From: Caldisericota bacterium | Lineage (GTDB): Bacteria; Caldisericota; Caldisericia; B22-G15 | Reading direction: 5' to 3' | NCBI GenBank assembly: GCA_029553255.1 | Contig: JAKPCM010000072.1 | Span: 1 to 60,901, forward strand | DNA: 60,901 bases | Shown: positions 57,464 to 60,901 of the stretch, one piece after another | Position numbering within the stretch: the first letter of the stretch is position 1 | How the letters are laid out: every line of letters begins with the position of its first letter | The notes under the pieces: generated by a model | Database searches by the model: none | What the model was told of the DNA's origin: nothing | Seen by the model: the letters and a program-made list of their open reading frames with translations, nothing else | Translations under genes and position numbers: made by a program

Positions 57464-57927
57464 CTGAAGTGTGCAAAAGCTCTATTAGCTTCAGCCATTT
57501 TGTGAGTTTCATCTCTTTTTTTAATTGTTGCGCCTTGATCAGAAAGTATATCAAGCATCTCTTTTGAAAGTCTTTCAACCATTGTTTTCTCGCTTCTATC
57601 TCTTGAATATTTAACGAGCCATTTAAGTGCAATTTTAATCCCTCTTTGAGGTTCAACTTCAACAGGAATTTGATAGGTTGCTCCACCAACTCTTCTTGGC
57701 TTTAATTCCACAAGTGGTCTTGCTTTTTCAAGAACATTTAATAAAGCTTCATCTCCTTTTTTACCAGTTTTTTCCTCGACTATCTTTAGGGCATTATAAA
57801 CAATTTTTCTTGCCTTTTCCTTTTGACCGTCTAACATAATTTTATTAATTAATTTATGAACAAGAACACTTTCGTAAACTAAATCGGGCTCAATCTCCCT
57901 TGGTCTAACCGATCCTTTTCTTGGCAC
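57457..57927 (-). CDS. rpsG: 30S ribosomal protein S7
   Basis: MPRKGSVRPREIEPD...NRAFAHFRW. Confidence 0.96.
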   Translation of the reverse strand: MPRKGSVRPREIEPDLVYESVLVHKLINKIMLDGQKEKARKIVYNALKIVEEKTGKKGDEALLNVLEKARPLVELKPRRVGGATYQIPVEVEPQRGIKIALKWLVKYSRDRSEKTMVERLSKEMLDILSDQGATIKKRDETHKMAEANRAFAHFRW

Positions 57928-58313
57928 TATTCGCCTCCACTTTTTTTAGGTCTTTTGGTACCATATCTTGATCTTCCTTGATTTCTTGATTCAACACCTG
58001 CACAATCGTAAACACCTCTAACTATATGATATCTAACGCCAGGTAAATCTTTTACTCTGCCTCCTCTTACAAGAACAACTGAATGCTCTTGTAAATTATG
58101 CCCAATTCCAGGGATATAAGCAATGACTTCTCTGCCATTTGATAATCTAACTTTAGCTACTTTCCTTAATGCAGAATTTGGTTTCTTTGGAGTTGTTGTA
58201 TAAACTTTTATACAAACACCTCTTTTAAAAGGATTTCCAACAAGATCCTTTGAACGAGTTTTGCTTAAAACTTTTTCTCTTGGTTTTTTTATTAACTGAT
58301 TAATTGTAGGCAT
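57927..58313 (-). CDS. rpsL: 30S ribosomal protein S12
   Basis: [12 protein letters not shown]...[17 protein letters not shown]...[13 protein letters not shown]. Confidence 0.97.
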   Translation of the reverse strand: MPTINQLIKKPREKVLSKTRSKDLVGNPFKRGVCIKVYTTTPKKPNSALRKVAKVRLSNGREVIAYIPGIGHNLQEHSVVLVRGGRVKDLPGVRYHIVRGVYDCAGVESRNQGRSRYGTKRPKKSGGE

Positions 58314-58407
58314 AAAACCTCCTATCCTTTATATAAAATCAGGGCTTAAAAAAGAAATAAGTCCTTTACAATCAATTCTAACTCTATTTTATATAGAGCA
58401 GATTAAA

Positions 58408-58435
58408 ATTATACATATTTTTTATGTTTTGTCAA
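58408..58435 (-). promoter_or_regulatory. Consensus sigma-70 promoter of the str/ribosomal super-operon
   Basis: -35 TTGACA (58430-58435), 16-nt spacer, -10 TATAAT (58408-58413), about 95 nt upstream of the rpsL ATG. Confidence 0.55.
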
Positions 58436-58585
58436 TACATTTTGTTATTGCAAAGTAACATTATTTTCTATAAGTAGATATTTAAATTTGGAAGTTTTTC
58501 TTCTCTTAATAAGATTATGGTGGCTGTACCTCTGTCTCGTTTTCACTTTGTCAAATTATAATTATTTAAAAGGAAGGAGGTAAAA

Positions 58586-59093
58586 ATGTAAAATAAATTT
58601 TTTGATTCAACAACTTTAGCTTTTTTCTTAGCAGCCCTAAATTATTTATATTAATTTATATAAAAAATTTAACCTTAGCAATCTCTTCAACAAAAAGTGG
58701 CTTGAATGTTTTTTAAAATATTTCTTAATAATAATTTTATCTATGCTTATTGCTTCTTACATTCAAACATTAATACCTAAAGAAATATTAATTAAACTAT
58801 TAGGTTAAGAATCAGGTTTTAAAGGAATAGTAATTGGAAATATAATTGGAGGATTAACCCCTGGTTCGCCATATGGTGCACTACCTCTTTTTTCAGGTAT
58901 TATGAAAATGGGAGCAAGTCTACCTATAATTGTTTCTATGGTTTGTGCATGGGGATTATGGTCTATTGGTAGAATTCCTTTTGAAATTGCAGTTTTAGGG
59001 ATTAGATTTACTTTATTGCAGGTAAAAAGTAGTATTTTTCTCCCTATAATATCAGGTTATATTGTACTAATATTACAGAAAATAATAAAATAA
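58586..59093 (+). pseudogene. Decayed small permease gene (multiple nonsense codons and a frame change)
   Basis: AGGAAGGAGG SD and ATG at 58586 are followed at once by TAA. A hydrophobic reading continues in two frames with further stops. The last 63-aa piece (58902-59093) is the only ORF that survives. Confidence 0.55.
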
Positions 59094-59160
59094 ATAATTT
59101 TATAAAAGTAGACATTCTGTTTTTATAAACTAAGAAATTATATATTTAAACATTTGTTTT

Positions 59161-60096
59161 TTATTCTAAATTTGATTCAATAGGTTCGGAATGTATGGTT
59201 ACATTCGCTCCTTTAATCTCTTTTTCTATGGCTTTCTCTATTTCTGTTATCTTTTCATGAACATTGTTTAATGTTTGGTCACCTTTTAATTTAACATGGA
59301 AAGTTATTTCAATCTGGTTTCCATAATCATGTATATGCATATGATGAACATCTTTAATAAAATCATAACTATATGCAATATCATTGATTTTTTTTACTAA
59401 ATCTTGCGATGGTTCTTCTCCAATTAAAAAACTACCAGATTGAAATATTATTGAAATACCTGTATAAGCAATCAAAATAGAAACAGCTATTCCTAATATT
59501 CCATCAAGAGAATAGAAACCAAATTTGAAAGTAAAAAAGCCAACAATTATTAATAATGTTGCAATTGAATCACTTCTATGGTGCCATGCATCTGCTTTTA
59601 GAGAAAGTGAGTTTATTCTTTTACCAAGTTCTAATGAAATAAGTGTTAAAAATTCTTTCATTAAAATTGTAATAAATAATATCAATATTATTGTTAAGTT
59701 AAAATCTATAGGTATTGGATTTTTAAATCTATTGTAAGATGATATTAAAAATTGATATCCAACATAAACAAGCATAATTGCCATTAGCATTGAAGCAATT
59801 TTTTCAATTCTTCCATGTCCGAATGGATGTTTCTTATCAGGTTTTATTGAGGAAAAATAGAATCCTATAATTACTATAATAGAAGTTAAAATATCTGAAA
59901 GAGTATGGAATGCATCGGCCTTTAAGGCAACAGAATTTAAAGAAATGCTAAAAGAATACTTGATCAAAAAAATTAAGAAATTAAAAATAAAAGAGGTGAT
60001 TCCTTCAAAAAAACCAAAATTTTTATTTATGTCACCTTTGTCAAGATTAAAAGTTTTAATAATAAAATCAGTAATTTTTTCTCTCATTAGTTTCAA
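59161..60096 (-). CDS. Cation diffusion facilitator (CDF) family transporter
   Basis: ADAFHTLSD and ADAWHHRSD motifs, 6 TM, C-terminal cytoplasmic domain. The ORF starts at TTG 60096; the first ATG is at 60087. Confidence 0.85.
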   Translation of the reverse strand: MKLMREKITDFIIKTFNLDKGDINKNFGFFEGITSFIFNFLIFLIKYSFSISLNSVALKADAFHTLSDILTSIIVIIGFYFSSIKPDKKHPFGHGRIEKIASMLMAIMLVYVGYQFLISSYNRFKNPIPIDFNLTIILILFITILMKEFLTLISLELGKRINSLSLKADAWHHRSDSIATLLIIVGFFTFKFGFYSLDGILGIAVSILIAYTGISIIFQSGSFLIGEEPSQDLVKKINDIAYSYDFIKDVHHMHIHDYGNQIEITFHVKLKGDQTLNNVHEKITEIEKAIEKEIKGANVTIHSEPIESNLE

Positions 60097-60097
60097 T

Positions 60098-60125
60098 ATT
60101 TTATTCCATATTTGATTTGTGTCAA
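60098..60125 (-). promoter_or_regulatory. Candidate promoter of the CDF gene
   Basis: -35 TTGACA (60120-60125), 16-nt spacer, -10 TAAAAT (60098-60103), directly abutting the start region. Confidence 0.4.
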
Positions 60126-60126
60126 C

Positions 60127-60155
60127 AAAAAAAGGGGAGGTTAAAAAACCTCCCC
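60127..60155 (-). terminator. Rho-independent terminator of the 5'-nucleotidase gene
   Basis: GGGGAGGTT/AACCTCCCC 9-bp stem followed on the minus strand by a 7-U tract (A-run 60127-60133). Lies 23 nt past the stop at 60178. Confidence 0.7.
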
Positions 60156-60177
60156 TGAATCTTTTCAGAATCTAATT

Positions 60178-60901
60178 TTAATCTTCTACATAAACTATTC
60201 TACCTTCAACTTGAGGATTAAGGGGTGAATGCTTTTTGACATATTCAACAAAATCGTCTCTCATCCAGTTACCAGTGGCCCAAACAGAAGATTTAGCATT
60301 CAAAAATGAAGTATAACCATCTCCACCACTTGCCATAAAATCATTCGTTGCTACAGTATAAATCTTATCTAATTCGATTGATTCTCCATTATAAAGAACC
60401 TCAACAACTCGACTCATTGGAGGATTATTTTTGTTAACTTTTACTATTAATCCAGAAATTTGTGGAAATCTTCCTTGAGCTGTTTCAACTTGTGACACTC
60501 CATTTTCAAGAGCATCAACAATATCCTTTCCAGTTACTTCAATTTTTACAATTAAATTATCGAATGGAAGAGCATTATACACATCTCCAATTTTTATTGG
60601 TCCTTTCTTTATACTTGCTCTTATCCCTCCACCATTTGTTATAGCAATTTCAGAATCTGCTGTCTCTTTCATAAAATCTGCAACTAAATTTCCCAAATTA
60701 GTCTCTTTTGTTCTAACATTTCCTCTCTCTCCATCAAGATCAACCAATGTTTCTCCAATAACAACATCCATCTCTTTTTGAAGTTTTTCTTCATACGGAG
60801 TAATTATTGATTTTATTGTAGAATCTTCTTTGATAGCATCAGTAATTGGAACTAGTGTATATCTAAAGTTAACTAACTTTGAACCAGAGTAATTATTTTC
60901 A
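60178..60901 (-). CDS. 5'-nucleotidase/UshA-family protein, C-terminal domain (5' end lies beyond the window)
   Basis: The frame stays open from 60771 to the window edge (...PITDAIKEDSTIKSIITPYEEKLQKEMDVVIGE...). The TNLGNLVADF...ITNGGGIR...FMASGGDGY pattern is typical of 5_nucleotid_C. Confidence 0.8.
   Translation of the reverse strand, partial: ENNYSGSKLVNFRYTLVPITDAIKEDSTIKSIITPYEEKLQKEMDVVIGETLVDLDGERGNVRTKETNLGNLVADFMKETADSEIAITNGGGIRASIKKGPIKIGDVYNALPFDNLIVKIEVTGKDIVDALENGVSQVETAQGRFPQISGLIVKVNKNNPPMSRVVEVLYNGESIELDKIYTVATNDFMASGGDGYTSFLNAKSSVWATGNWMRDDFVEYVKKHSPLNPQVEGRIVYVED

Noticed and set aside
57450-57689. 79-aa minus-strand ORF in an alternative frame of rpsG
   Set aside because: It overlaps the highly conserved S7 coding frame and has no recognisable motif or SD. 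It is a chance open frame.
58345-58398. Small hairpins in the rpsL 5' UTR (CTCTAT-ATAAA-ATAGAG at 58382-58398; AGGACTT...AAGCCCT)
   Set aside because: They are short AT-rich stems, one with a mismatch. I cannot tie them to a known ribosomal leader without covariance evidence.
58519-58550. Locally GC-richer segment TGGTGGCTGTACC... that looks like the reverse complement of a tRNA 3' end with CCA
   Set aside because: No T-arm (GTTCRANYC-like) or matching acceptor stem can be drawn from the adjacent sequence, so it is not a tRNA or a recognisable fragment.
1-60901. Search for CRISPR arrays, rRNA, IS elements or transposases, integrases, prophage, toxin-antitoxin or restriction-modification genes
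   Set aside because: No spaced direct repeats, no terminal inverted repeats flanking an ORF, and no ORF with DDE, tyrosine-recombinase, serine-recombinase, methylase or nuclease motifs were seen. The window appears free of mobile or defence elements.

Overview
This is a very AT-rich (by eye well under 35% GC), tightly packed bacterial chromosome segment, transcribed almost entirely from the minus strand.

**Core content**
- 36480-58435 holds an uninterrupted str-S10-spc-alpha ribosomal super-cluster: rpsL-rpsG-fusA-tuf-rpsJ...rplQ. It includes secY, adk, map, infA, rpmJ and rpoA, and runs straight into ecfA1-ecfA2-ecfT-truA, a Firmicutes/Thermotogae-like synteny.
- 2273-6803 holds tRNA-Val(GAC)-thrS-infC-rpmI-rplT-rpsA.
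- 147-2206 holds an ECF sigma / anti-sigma-like / SIMPL module.

**Accessory-looking content**
- 7001-9421: a secreted PQQ-type propeller protein with three tandem beta-sandwich repeats.
- 9418-19532: an eight-gene glycoside-utilisation operon.
- 19632-24032: PolX, an EamA transporter, a PAP2 phosphatase and a uridine phosphorylase-family gene.
- 23989-28458: an SDH-protease / MoxR / DUF58 / DUF4129-membrane cluster.
- 28460-36241: aminotransferase, queA, SpoIID/LytB, CvpA, an ABC-2 exporter with a rubrerythrin-like protein, and a DUF996-like membrane protein.
- 58586-59093: a decayed permease pseudogene.
- 59161-60901: a CDF transporter and a window-truncated 5'-nucleotidase.

**What I did not find**
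I see no CRISPR array, rRNA, transposase, integrase, phage gene or recognisable defence gene. I did not find a convincing new multi-gene system; the window is mostly housekeeping.

**Best second-look candidates**
- an apparent tandem duplication of the RpoA C-terminal domain
- the regulator-less mixed glycosidase/deacetylase operon
- the protease-headed MoxR-DUF58 cluster, whose large membrane partner has no cysteine
- twin perfect palindromes in the rubrerythrin promoter region
- the multi-hit pseudogene abutting the str promoter
- several genes with no Shine-Dalgarno (SD) sequence that may be leaderless

All family assignments come from reading motifs in the translations. No database search was run.
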